A stretch of DNA of 64,000 bases. Origin: Tricharina praecox (taxonomy: Eukaryota). The notes beneath the pieces were generated by a model that saw nothing but the letters and a program-made list of their open reading frames with translations, had not been told where the DNA came from and ran no database searches. Below, one piece after another: positions 1 to 11,206 of this stretch. The stretch is taken from assembly GCF_024521635.1 (NCBI RefSeq), contig NW_026250423.1:62001-126000 (forward strand), in the 5' to 3' direction. The position numbers were made by a program, and so were the translations under genes. Position 1 is the stretch's first letter; every line of letters starts with the position of its first letter.

Positions 1-1
1 C

Positions 2-301
2 GATAGCGCCTCAATAAACAGCGAAGACGAACGGAACATGTGGCGAGAAGGCGGCAAGAAGCGGGTACAAGTGCAAAGCCCGTTCCGCGGCCTACGGCGA
101 GAGGGGACGATATACATCGAGGAGGGCGAATCGCCCAAAGATGAAACGATGCCGATGGATACACCGGGCGAAAACGACGCGTTCTCTACACCGCTGGAAC
201 ACCCGCTCTTCAGGAGAGAGCAGTCGTCGAAGTCGGTCTATCAAACGCCAATGGAACACCCGGTGCGACGCGGATCGTATTTCGGCCCGTCGGCACGATG
301 A
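2..301 (+). CDS. 3' end of an unknown protein-coding gene running in from the left edge (DSASINSEDERNMWREGG...GSYFGPSAR*)
   Basis: Frame is open from base 2 to TGA at 299-301 with coding-like composition. It contains two TP[LM]EHP motifs and is followed by a microsatellite-rich 3'-UTR-like region ((GAA)n, (TCAA)n, (TG)n). Confidence 0.6.
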   Translation, partial: DSASINSEDERNMWREGGKKRVQVQSPFRGLRREGTIYIEEGESPKDETMPMDTPGENDAFSTPLEHPLFRREQSSKSVYQTPMEHPVRRGSYFGPSAR

Positions 302-1678
302 TGAAGAGATAACACATTCATTTAACATTTTCCTATGTACTCTACACCCCCGACACTCCTTACTATTTTTCTATGTCTATGATCGAGGTTCGAGATTCGA
401 AGAAGAAGAAGAAGAAGAAGATATAATCAATCAATCAATCAGTATGCTCCTGTGTGTTCTCGTGTGTTTGTGTGTGTGTGTGTGTTGGCATTATTATATA
501 CCCCCTTTTTTTTTGTGTTGCTTCCATTTGCTTCTGCGTGTGTGTGTGTGAAAGTGTCGTCTGTCCATGTATACCGATTCTTTCTGTTTATTTACTATGT
601 GGTGTGGGGTGGGGTGTGTGAGGTGTTGACACTCTTTAAAGAAAGAATGTTTTTCATTTGTTATAAACCACTTGCATGAATGATATCTCTGTTTGCTGTT
701 TGCTCTGTTTGTTTGTTTGTTCGGGAGGCGGGATTGCGATTGGGATGCGGGACTGGGAGGCACAGTGTGTATATATGCGGGAGTTTCGTGGTGGGTTTCT
801 TTTTCTTTTCTTTCTTTCTTTCTTTGCAGTGACTATAACTAGTAGGTTAGCGAAGGGTGTAGTGGGGTCAATGATGATGGTTTTGAAATACATGTGTTGG
901 CCCGTACCGTGCGTGAATGAATGTGTGAGGATGTGTGAGGATGTGTGATGCGTGATAGGTTCTTGGGTGCGATCACTGTACCAGACATTGCCAGTTCCTG
1001 GAGGCTGATATTGGTCTTGACTCGCGAGTGAGACGTCGTAGTGTGCGGTAATGATTGCGACCTGACGATCCCATCCACGACGATCTCCCCCACCAGCCGA
1101 CAGCCGACAGCTTGGAATTGGACGCTTCCTGCGCGATGGCTTCGGTGGCTTCGGTTAGCAGCACGTTACGGAGCGGGAGCTGTAGTGAGACTGTGGTGGA
1201 TCAGGCAAGTGGGTAAGTTGAGTGGGTGTCTGACTGACTGCTTGAGGACTTGGAGGAGGTTGGATGGGCAGCTCTGGCGGCGTGGATATCCAGCACTGGC
1301 TTTGGAGCTCCTGCTCCTGCCGCTGTTCCTCCGTGCCGAGAGCCCTCGGAACACCACATTAGGACACAGCGTTCGGGCCGAGTTGAGCCATCGCGAACTT
1401 GCACACGACATTCACTCAGCCCTCAGCCCTCAGCATTCAGCGACGATGATGATGATGAAGCCGTAGGAATCGTTCGTTCGTTCGTTACACGCACGGAAAC
1501 GGACACGGACGTAAGAAGAAAGTAAGTACAGTACAACTCCCAACCATCCATCGATTCGTTCATTCAATCATCAGACGGTCGCACGCTTCCACCCATTCCA
1601 CCCACATCCTCCCATCCACCCATCGAGTAGTTGAACAGTTGAACAGTATAGTTGGTCCGGGTGTCCCGCTCGCTCCGT

Positions 1679-2607
1679 CTATGCGCAGTACTTATCGAGG
1701 GCAGCCTGCGGTCGATATCATCAGCACCGCACGCCATCCTCACCCCCTCCAACCCACCCCACCTCCATCCTATCCCCGACTGAAAAGGAAGAACATACCT
1801 TCAAAGCACTAGGATTAGCGCCAACAACCTCGGAGACCTTCTTGCCGTCCTTGAAGAACAGGAAGGTAGGCATGGCGCGGACCTCGAGCTCAGCGGCGAT
1901 CTGCTGGTGCTCGTCGACGTCGAGCTTGTAGAAGCTGGCCTTCTCCGCGTAGTCGTTCGAGAACGCATCCACCTTGGGCGCGATCACCCTACACGGACCT
2001 GTTCATGGTGTGAGTGAGTGGAGTGTAAGGGGGTGGGGGTGGGGGTTGGGGATGACGAACCGCACCACACCGCGAAGAAGTCGATCACGACAAGCTTCGT
2101 CTTGGACTCCTCCAACGCCTGGGCGTAGGTATCGGCGCTGTGGCAGAGGCAGAGTTAGTGGTCGTATTCATGGTCATGGTCGTGGTCGTGATCGTGGTCA
2201 TGATAGTCATGCGTGGGAGAGATGGCGGGATGGACGGGATGGCGGGATGGGATGAGGTGGATATGGTTGGTTGGCGGGGTAAACTCTACGGGGTCCCACC
2301 ACCACCATCACCACATCTACGCCGCGAAGATGCGATAGGATGGATGGAATGGAAAGGAGAGAGGGACTTACGCTTCGATCTTGATGACGGTCATTTTTGC
2401 GGTTGAGGTGGTAAAGTTGCGGGGAGTGTTGAGGGTTTGGTGGAGGGTGTTGTTGGTGTAGCGGTAGTGAGGGGTAGTGGTGTTGGTGTTGGTGTTGGTG
2501 TAGGAGGAGGAGGAGGGGTTGCGGGTAAGTAGTAGTAGCGATGACGAGATGCTGTAGTTGCGCAGGTGCGATGACGATAGGAGAGAGCGAATCCGTGGGG
2601 CTGCCAT
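1679..2607 (-). CDS. TRX: Thioredoxin (WCGPC) with a putative N-terminal mitochondrial presequence; exons 2607-2372, 2137-2061, 1998-1799, 1705-1679; second in-frame ATG at 2394
   Basis: Spliced product [44 protein letters not shown]...[36 protein letters not shown]. The WCGPC active site is rebuilt across an intron, and all introns are GT-AG. Confidence 0.95.
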
Positions 2608-3049
2608 TTCTTTTATCGCCTTAAGTACGAGCTCGAGTCCTGGTACTACTTTGTTTCTTTCTTGATTTGATTTTATGAGTATTTGATTTTATGCAGAGGC
2701 TTTTGTTCCGTAAGCAATGGGGAGTGGGAGTGGGAGTGGGAGTGGGAAGGGGGTGGGGAAGGGGTGGGTGGTGGGAGGTGGGGCACAAAGTCGGAGGAGG
2801 GCGGGCGGGCTGAGGAGTTTGTAATCTGCGGCCACTCCCGATTGAGGAAAAATCAATAGTTACATTTCGTTACGTCAACGGCAATGCCGACGCAACACAC
2901 GTTTTTTTGTTTTTTCCCACTGTTGCCTACCAGGCTACCAGGCGACCAGAGCTCGAAACGTCCACCATCCACTCCCCGAGTCGCCGGATACGAATGGGAG
3001 GCGGGGGGCTGCCAATTCTTAAGCTGAGCACGACATCCATGGACGGTGT

Positions 3050-3330
3050 CCAGAACTTCGAGACATGTCAGCATGAGGAATGGAGAAGAACCACGGCGTG
3101 CAGGGCCCTGAGGATTTGGAATGGGCGATGATCTGTGCGGCTGCGGCTATCCAAGCTCATGCACACCTGTGCTTCACTTCACAGCTCCTCGGGCCCTTTC
3201 TTCCATCGGGACTCAAGGAACATCGCAACCTGCACCGGAGGTCCGGAGGAACCCGCACTGCTTGCCGGTGGGACTATTCGGGGCAGGTAGTACTCTAGGG
3301 ATTACCACTGGGATCGCCTTCGGCGCATCA
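3050..3330 (+). mobile_element. Possible highly degenerate 3' remnant of a non-LTR (LINE) ORF2 zinc knuckle
   Basis: Fragments in shifting frames read RTSRHVSMR / NHGVQG / DDLCGCGYP / IQAHAHLCFTSQLL, resembling the generic LINE ORF2 C-terminal pattern R..Q.RTGHG...CxCG...Q...HL.F.C. Frameshifts are needed to join them. Confidence 0.3.
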
Positions 3331-4744
3331 GGGCTCCGTATGTACTCTACAGTACATACCAAGACCTAGAGTAGAGTCGACTGCCGGCATCGCCGCACCG
3401 ATCAGATCAGATCTCGGGGACACGCGTGCGCCGGGAGTCCGGGATCCCTCAAGCATTTCTATGATATGTAGAGTACAGCGGATGTACGCCGGTCTCGAGT
3501 CATCACTCGCCCATGTTTCCGAAATAGGTACTGCCCAGGCCCGCAAGCAGCTGGCCTTCAGGTTCTACATATGTACCGGCTGAAGTTGAAGACGGAGCAC
3601 TGCCTCGTGGGCCAGTACTTCCAGACTCCAGTAGACAAAAGAGCCGCCCCGACGCCCCGACGCTGAGTGCGGGTAATGTCGCTACTTTACAAGACTCGGG
3701 CCCAGACTCGGGAGCACCCCTTCAAGTGCTGCGCCGAGTGGAAGAGCCAGCAGAAGATGTGGTATCGGTACTGTAGACAGAGGTTTGGGAGTAGACAGGG
3801 AGGGGCAAGCCACGGCGCGGCCGCCTGACGAAAGTCGGGACTCGGGTTAGACAGACGGTGGACGATATGGAAACGGAGTGTGTATATAGGGTAGTATTGC
3901 CATGATCTAGGTAGAGCATTTCTGTAGTTCTATAGCTGCCCTCAACAGATACAACAGATACAACAGATAAAGGGACTAACCCGCCCCGCTCCATCCATGG
4001 GTTATGGCAGTTGAAGCGAGTACTTAAGGCCAAAGCCGATTCACGCATCCTCACTCACCTCTAACTAGGTAAACCACTGAGCACTCAATCGCGGTGTGCG
4101 TATGGTACCGCCATATCGCTACATCACCACATCACCACATGCCACTCAATTCACGCGAGAGCCCACAGTGTACATATGTAAGATGCTACGAGTATTCTCC
4201 GCACCCACATCCGCCCCATCCGCTCATCCGCTCATCCACAACCCCCCACAACCCCCCACAATCCCCCGCCCATGCCACCAAGCACCATCTATGTAGCCAC
4301 AACCAAATCGAGAAAGCAAGCACTTGCCATGTCTCAGGGGAGGAGGAGGACAAGCCTCCTTTCCTTCCATTGAGTAGAAGAAAAAAGGAAACGGTAAGAA
4401 ATGAGGAAAGAAAAAAAAACTCCTGAAATGATATGCAGTGTGCGTAAGGAGATACAGGAAAGAAATGAAGAAACAAAACAAAGACGCCATCGAAAAAAAC
4501 CACACCCAAACCGGCCAGACCATCCATGAGGTTGAAGAAAGGAAACGAACGAAAGACAAGACAAGACAACTGCAAAGGGAGGAGAAAAGAAAATAGAAAT
4601 GTAAAGTATACCACCAGAGGATGCAAGTGGAAAGGTAAGTAAGGAAAAACGAGAGATTGCCAACAATTCGCCATACGCCCCGCCCATGTATCCATACCCT
4701 TATTTTCTTCGTTTCGTTTGTACAGGACAAAGAGGAGTGAGCAT

Positions 4745-6751
4745 CTACACGTATAGCTCTTTAATACCCACCGTGACCATTCCGATGCCAGCACCACCAC
4801 GCTTCCGGGTAGTAGCCGGTGTCTTCTTCTTGGTGGCGGCGTTCGCCCGAGGCTTCCGGGGGGTACGAGTATTCTTCGGGGTAGGTGGAGGTGGCGGCGG
4901 CGCTGCGGCCCTCGCGGCGGCTTCTTGCGCGGCGGTTATCGCCTTGGCTTGGATCCTCGGTGATCTTCGCGTGGGCTGCGCGGAAACGGTAGATTTCCTG
5001 GCGGGTTTCCGTCGTCTTCTATCGTTATTGTCCGACATCGAGGACCCAGATGATCCCGCGGAGCTGGTTTCGTCGCTCGAACTGTTGTTCTGGGCTGCGG
5101 TAACCCTAACGGGCGAGCCATCAGGGCTCTTTCTCCGCTTCGCGCCAGAATACTCATCGACGTTGCTGTCGGGCTTTTGTGTGGTGGCCTCGACAGTCAC
5201 CTGGATGGGGAAGGGAACATCTTGGATGAGTGCTGGAGCATCTAGCATGGCCTCATCGACCATTTTAGTCCGAGTCGTAGGCTGGGCCTTGGATGACGGA
5301 AAATCGGCTTTAACCTTTGCCGGGGCGATCGTCTCGATCACTGGCTGAACCACCGGCTGGAGAACCACCGGCTGGACCGCCGGCTGGACCTCAACGCGGA
5401 CTGCCGGCGGCGCCACGGGCTGCACAGTCGGCGCTCGGAAACCTGGCTGAGACATTGCCTTGATATCCGGTCGTGGTATTTCCTGGATGATGGCTCTTGG
5501 CTCCTCCTTCTTGTCCTCGATTAGCTCGACGAGCTGGACGTTTTCGGTCCGAAGGTCTTCCTCATCGTCGAAATCGGGGACAACGCGCTGATAATCGTCA
5601 CCATAGTCGGGTGCGGTGGATTCCGTGTCGAAATTGCTTGCCAAGTCCCATTCATCCTGAAGAAACTTGACCGCCTCGTCCACGCCGCCTTTACACTGCT
5701 CCAGAACCTCCCTGATGCGTTCCGGTGTTTCGTACTGCGGGATGGACGCCGCCACAACGTCCTCCATCCACGGTAATATGGCAGACGCACCGTCCAACAG
5801 CTGTTTCTTCTCTCGCTCGGTAATTGATCTCTGTTCTCGAACGCATGGAGGCCCCGAGTGCGGACCATCTCGATTCCGGATCGACGAATAGTGTTCCCAG
5901 ATCTGTTCGATATCAGCACTTATCCCGCGGCCAATGGGGAAAGGTGGTACTCGCGTGATAGGCAATATGCACCGTGGTCCTATTGTCGTCGCTCAATTTG
6001 GATCCGGCGGTGTTGTCGGGGCATATCACGTACGCGTTCTCCCGCTGGTAGATCTTGACATTGACATCAAACTCTCGGGCAAACGCCTGGATTTCGAGGT
6101 TGTCGCCAAACACACCCTTGTTTGCCATCCGTAGAAGCCGCTCCTCGTATGCCTTGTCGATTTCCGCCTGTGAATGATGTTCGAGATCCGACTTGTGGCT
6201 TGCGGCCGCTCGGCGGCGGGGGGCTCGGCGGACGGGCTGAACATCGATGAAGACCTTGAAGTAGGAAGCGTGGTTGCGTAGATCTGCTCGGAAAACCCCA
6301 CTTAGCACGAAGAACCCCCCATACGAGCAAGATCCCGCCGGGCAGCGTCACTTACGCTGCACCACCCGTTGACGCAGTTCCATATGGCTGTTTTCATGGC
6401 CGTAGAGCTAGTTTGCAAGGAACCGGCGATTAGCATGAGCTGTGGCGTGGAAGAAAATCAACAAAAGACAGAAAATCGCGGCAAGAAATGGCCGTGACAG
6501 GACAGCATCCTCCGGAGTCTCGTTGAAATGCTGGCATTCCCGAGGACTCAACAGAGCCGCAATTTTTTTGTGAGGGAGTGCGAAATCCAGCGAGAGCGAG
6601 AAGGAGAGAATGGGGAGGGGGGGAGGGGATGGCAAACCTGATCGCTCAAGGAATGGAATAGGCAATCCCCATCGCCCGACGTCAAAGCCGCATAGAGTCC
6701 GTTCACCTTCAGCAGAGGAAACTCGTTGTCGTATAAGTTGATATTGGCCAT
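4745..6751 (-). CDS. OTU-domain cysteine protease (deubiquitinase) with a CUE/UBA-like helical segment and a long disordered basic C-terminus; exons 6751-6638, 6407-6356, 6283-5955, 5902-4745 (alternative in-frame ATG at 6793)
   Basis: Catalytic motifs GDGDCLFHSLSDQLYG, FGDNLEIQAFAREF and HIAYH/IWEHYSSIR. The segment IREVLEQCKGGVDEAVKFL is CUE/UBA-like. The third intron is GC-AG. Confidence 0.9.
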
Positions 6752-8012
6752 CCTACCGCTGCCAGGCTGGCCAATGTTTCCAGGGGCGGTCATTCAAGGA
6801 AGTAAGCCCCAGGGACACGAGGCGGGTTGCCGCCGGCCGATACGTTACCCTGTTGTTCGGGCGGTCAACACTATGTATCAGGTTTCTCGTTGCGGGCGGG
6901 TGTCGTTTAAGCCAGAAGGGTGGCAGGCTGCATGTGAGGTGTTGGACAACGATGCGTGTGTGGGAGAGGGAGGGTGGGGAGGGTGGGTGAGGGGGTGGTG
7001 TGAGTGAGTGTGGAACAACGCAGTCGAGAATTGCCACAACACACATCACATTGAAGAGAGTATCCACCTGGCTGTGTTCTGCACCGTCGACGCCGACGTA
7101 AGACGGGCGGCGGGCGAGAGGGAGGGCGAAATAGCGGGCGAGCGGGGCGGGGCGGGCGAGTTGACTTACCGAAAACTCTGCTGGAAGATTGAATGTGGCG
7201 GCAGTGCGTGCGCGTCAAGGAGGATTTCGCTGGCGGGGAGGGCGCGTTGTGTTGTTGGCGGAAGCCGTTGTTGTTTGTTTTGGGGGCGTTTGTCGGGAGC
7301 TGAGAGGCGGTAAAGAGAAGAAGAGTTGTTCTTCTGCTGCTGTTTGTGTCACGTGATGCAGTTGAGGGTCGAGATAGGGGGAAGCTGAAGACAAGCAAAG
7401 ACGCCGAAGACGGGGAGGTTCTCTTTGTCTCGCCTTGGACGAGAAAACACGAAAAGCGCCGCTCATCACATCGGCCCGACCACGCTTGGTCCGTCCCCGG
7501 CACAACCCTGCAGCCGAGAAATCTTAACAGACACCCCCTCGCCCACCCCGCCTCCCCCGGCCGCTTCCCCACAACAACTTCACCCAAGGCACAACAGAGC
7601 TACATACTCGGCGTAACCATCCTCCATCGCTCAGGAGCAAGCATGATCGCGTATACCGTAGCTCACGGATAACTATCCCTATCGCCAATCACCGGCCCAT
7701 TGTTCCGCTTCTCCACACGCATGGACGTTCCAGAAGCATTCTTGCAACTCGACTCTAGCCATTCCGAGCCCATGCAGGTTTAAAGTAGAACGGGGGATCT
7801 AGTGGGGGTCCGGGCTTATTCCCTTCCGGTTCGGACACGGCATAGTTACAGCGATCTCGGCCTTGCATTGATTCCCCATTTTCGTTTACAGAAGAGATAC
7901 TAAACCAAGCATCTACTAGTGGTCACCCGGGTGTCCCCCCACTTCAGCTGCCATTCCCGGCCCTTCTTCACTGAACACAAGCACCACCCCATCTACATGT
8001 CCATTCGTAACA

Positions 8013-9280
8013 ATGACTACCCATAGAGCTAAGCAGAAAATCGTCGTCGTTGGGTATGCCGCTTCGTCGTCGCCTACTCGAGAGCCCACAGATAGCTAAC
8101 GCATCCCAGCGCCGGCGTAGTCGGCCTGACGAGTGCTCTCGCGCTCCTCCGGCGCGGCACCTACAGCGTCACCGTCGTGGGCACACACCTGCCCGGCGAC
8201 TTTGCTTCGACGTACACGTCACCGTGGGCGGGAGCGAATTGGTGGCCGGTCTCGCGCGCCGACACGCGCGAAGCCGAGTGGGACACGCAGACCTTCCGGG
8301 AGCTGTGGCGTCTAGCGAATACCGTCCCCGCCGCCGGAATCGCCGTCAGGGAGTGCCACATCTATAAGCGGAATAAAGATGCGGGCGGCATCATCACCGA
8401 CTGGATCGATAGCTTGTTGAGTGACGAGCCGTGGTTCAGGGAGCTTGCGCCGGGATTCAGGAAGCTGGAGAAGGCGGAGCTGCCCAAGGGCGTGGATAGT
8501 GGGACCACGTTTAGCAGTGTCTGCATCAACCCCGCAATCTTCCTGCCATACGTGCTGGGTGAGTGTTTGCAGCTCGGCGCAACGGTGAGAAGGGGGACGT
8601 TGCGGCATATCGCGGAGGCGGCGGGGATGCATGCGGAGGGGAAGGCGGACGTGGTAGTTAACTGTACCGGCCTGATGGCGGGGAAGCTCGGTGGTGTCAT
8701 GGACGAGAAGGTGATTCCGGCGCGGGGACAGATCGTCGTAGTGCGGAACGAGGCACCGACGATGATGACCATTTCTGGCACCGACGATGGGCCGGAGGAA
8801 AGCACTTATATCATGATGCGGCCCAACGGTAACCCCTCTCACCCGGCACACCCCTGTCGCGTAGGTAGCTGAACAGACATCCCAGGCGGTGGAACCGTAA
8901 TCGGCGGCAGCTACGAAAAGGGTAATTTCGAGACTGCGGTGGATCCCAACCTGACGCAGCGAATCATGAAGCGGGCCATTGAGCTGTGTCCCGAGCTCGT
9001 CAAGCCCGGCCAAGGCGTTGAAGGGCTGGATGTGATCAAGACCTATGCCGGACTGAGGCCGTTCAGGATCGGTGGCGTGAGGCTGGAGAAGGAGGTTATC
9101 GATGACGTCGTGGTGGTTCATAACTATGGCGCTGGTGGATTCGGATGTGAGTGTGGCGTCCAAAAGTCCCGTGGAGATAAGCGTACTGACTTCTGCGCAG
9201 ATCAGGCGAGCTACGGGATGGCGGAGTATGCGGCCAGACTGGTGGACGAACAGTCGCCGGTGGAGAAAGCCAATTTGTAG
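8013..9280 (+). CDS. DAO: D-amino-acid oxidase (FAD-dependent); exons 8013-8053, 8110-8828, 8886-9146, 9201-9280
   Basis: Rossmann motif IVVVGAGVVGLTSA, plus YTSPWAGANW, VVNCTGL, PARGQIVVV, GLRPFR and HNYGAGGFGYQASYG. C-terminus is KANL (PTS1-like). Confidence 0.95.
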
Positions 9281-9868
9281 ATATTCCCGGCCGATTGCTT
9301 GGAGGACTGTGTGGCCTGTTTGGCTGGCATCGGACAGACGTAATCGTGATTGGGTAACTATTGCCGTCTTGCAAATTCACTATTGGCCCAATCGTGAGAA
9401 TCGCGGTGCACCCCTACCGGTAGCAGGTCTAATCGCCACCACCGAAAGCCACTGACACCGGAAAACCACCACCCACATCAAGAGCAAAGTGATCCCACAC
9501 AGCAGGCTGAGCGAGCCGGCAAGCAACCGTCAGTCGTATACTACGAGTTTGCAGATAGCTGTCTCGTCACTCGGCACGACATGCAAACAGATCACAGCCC
9601 CGTCTTCAAGAGATGGCCATGCCAGGCCAAAGCAATACCAATTTCATTCCAACGCCAACGTATTTTGTTAAAGTACATCCATCCTGTATAGTAGCGGTGC
9701 GCACACATCAAGCAGATAAAAAAAAGACATCAAAATGCAACATCGCAGTGTCGTGATATGTAATAATCTCGCGTATCCGTGCTAGCATCAACGGGAGCAC
9801 AAGTAAGAGAGAGAAAAAGGGAAAGAAAAAAAACCAGAGAAACAAAGGAAACGTTCCAAGTTCTTTGT

Positions 9869-10376
9869 TTACAAGTCTCCCGGCCGCTTCGAATTGCACG
9901 ACACGATTTTGATCTTATCAGTCGTGACGCTCGGAGTGGTCCCGCCCTGCTGCTGGAACTTGAAGGTAACGTTCTTGATCAGGAACGTCCACACCTCGTC
10001 GCAGAAGCGGTACGTATCGAGGCTCCCCTACGTGCGGTCTGTTAGCCACCAGCAGCACCAGCAGCACCACCGCCACCATCTTTTCTCCACCCCCAAGAGA
10101 GGGAAGGATAGAGTACCTTAAAGGTCAAGTTGGCTTTGACCTTATCCGCGAGCACATCGGTAACGTGACGATCGAAGTTGGTGAGGATCTTCATTGCCAG
10201 CTGCGGCGCGATGCGGCCCTCCGAGATGAGGTCGTCGAGGGCGTCTGTGAGCGCCATTCCAATGCTGCGGTGGTAGCGGAGTGTCAGTAGAGCCCCACTA
10301 CATTCGCAGGAGGAGAGATGAGGCTGTACGAGGAGCGGCGGTAGAGCTCGTAGTAGGGGGTCTGGGCGGACGCCAT
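9869..10376 (-). CDS. TOA2: Transcription initiation factor IIA small (gamma) subunit; exons 10376-10330, 10264-10117, 10027-9869
   Basis: Spliced product [47 protein letters not shown]...[22 protein letters not shown]...[16 protein letters not shown] matches the TFIIA-gamma signature. Confidence 0.97.
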
Positions 10377-11206
10377 AGCTGTGGGGTGGGGTGCAGCGGT
10401 GGCGAGGTGGGGGACGAGGTGCGCGCGGGAGCTGGTGAAGCTTGGTTGAGACGAAGAAGGCGGGCGGTGATCGTGGTAGCGGTGGTGGTTTGCGTGTTGC
10501 GCGGGTTGGTAGGTTGTGCGGGTTTGGCCGTGGAGCCACTGTTGGAACAAAGATGAGTTGCAGTTGACTAACACGCTAGGCTGCTGTAGGGTAGCTTCTC
10601 TCATGAACCATCACTCGTCGATATAGGGCTACCCATCGGTTTCCAAGAACCGCTTTGCATGGGCCGTTTGAGGACAACGACCGTTTCGACAAATTATTGC
10701 CCATAAATTCAACCCTTTCGGCAAAGGACGGCTTATGTACTCTATGCAGCACATCCAAACAAGCTTTAAGGTACCGAGTGGGGGTACCTTCTGGAGAAGA
10801 TGAGGGCTACGACGCGCCGCGACAGCGCATAACCGATAACTCGAGCTCTTCGGAGGCTCACTTTCAGATATTGCGAGGATAAGGGGATCTGGACTGTCAT
10901 TTCTGTTTCTAGAGTTTGGTGGCGGGATTTCTTTGTCAAATGCATTATTGTAGATAACTCTACCGGCCATAGCCTTAGGGTTCCATGCTGTATGAAATCA
11001 ATCAAACAATTAAACGAGCTTCAAGTACACAATCCAGTAAACAGAGTAGGTAATTTTATCTGCCTAGAAAATACGGAAAGTACACCAGCCAAAACACCGA
11101 AGGAAAAACGATACCGGTACGTATGCAGATCCATTCTCGTGCACTCAAACGAAACCAGGCCATGCAGAAACCAAAATACGCATCCAAGCCTTTTCCTGGA
11201 GAAAGA

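Noticed and set aside
839..1470. GC-balanced segment with several overlapping ORFs and partial splice signals
   Set aside because: No coherent exon chain or recognisable motif. It may be a decayed gene, but I cannot support a model.
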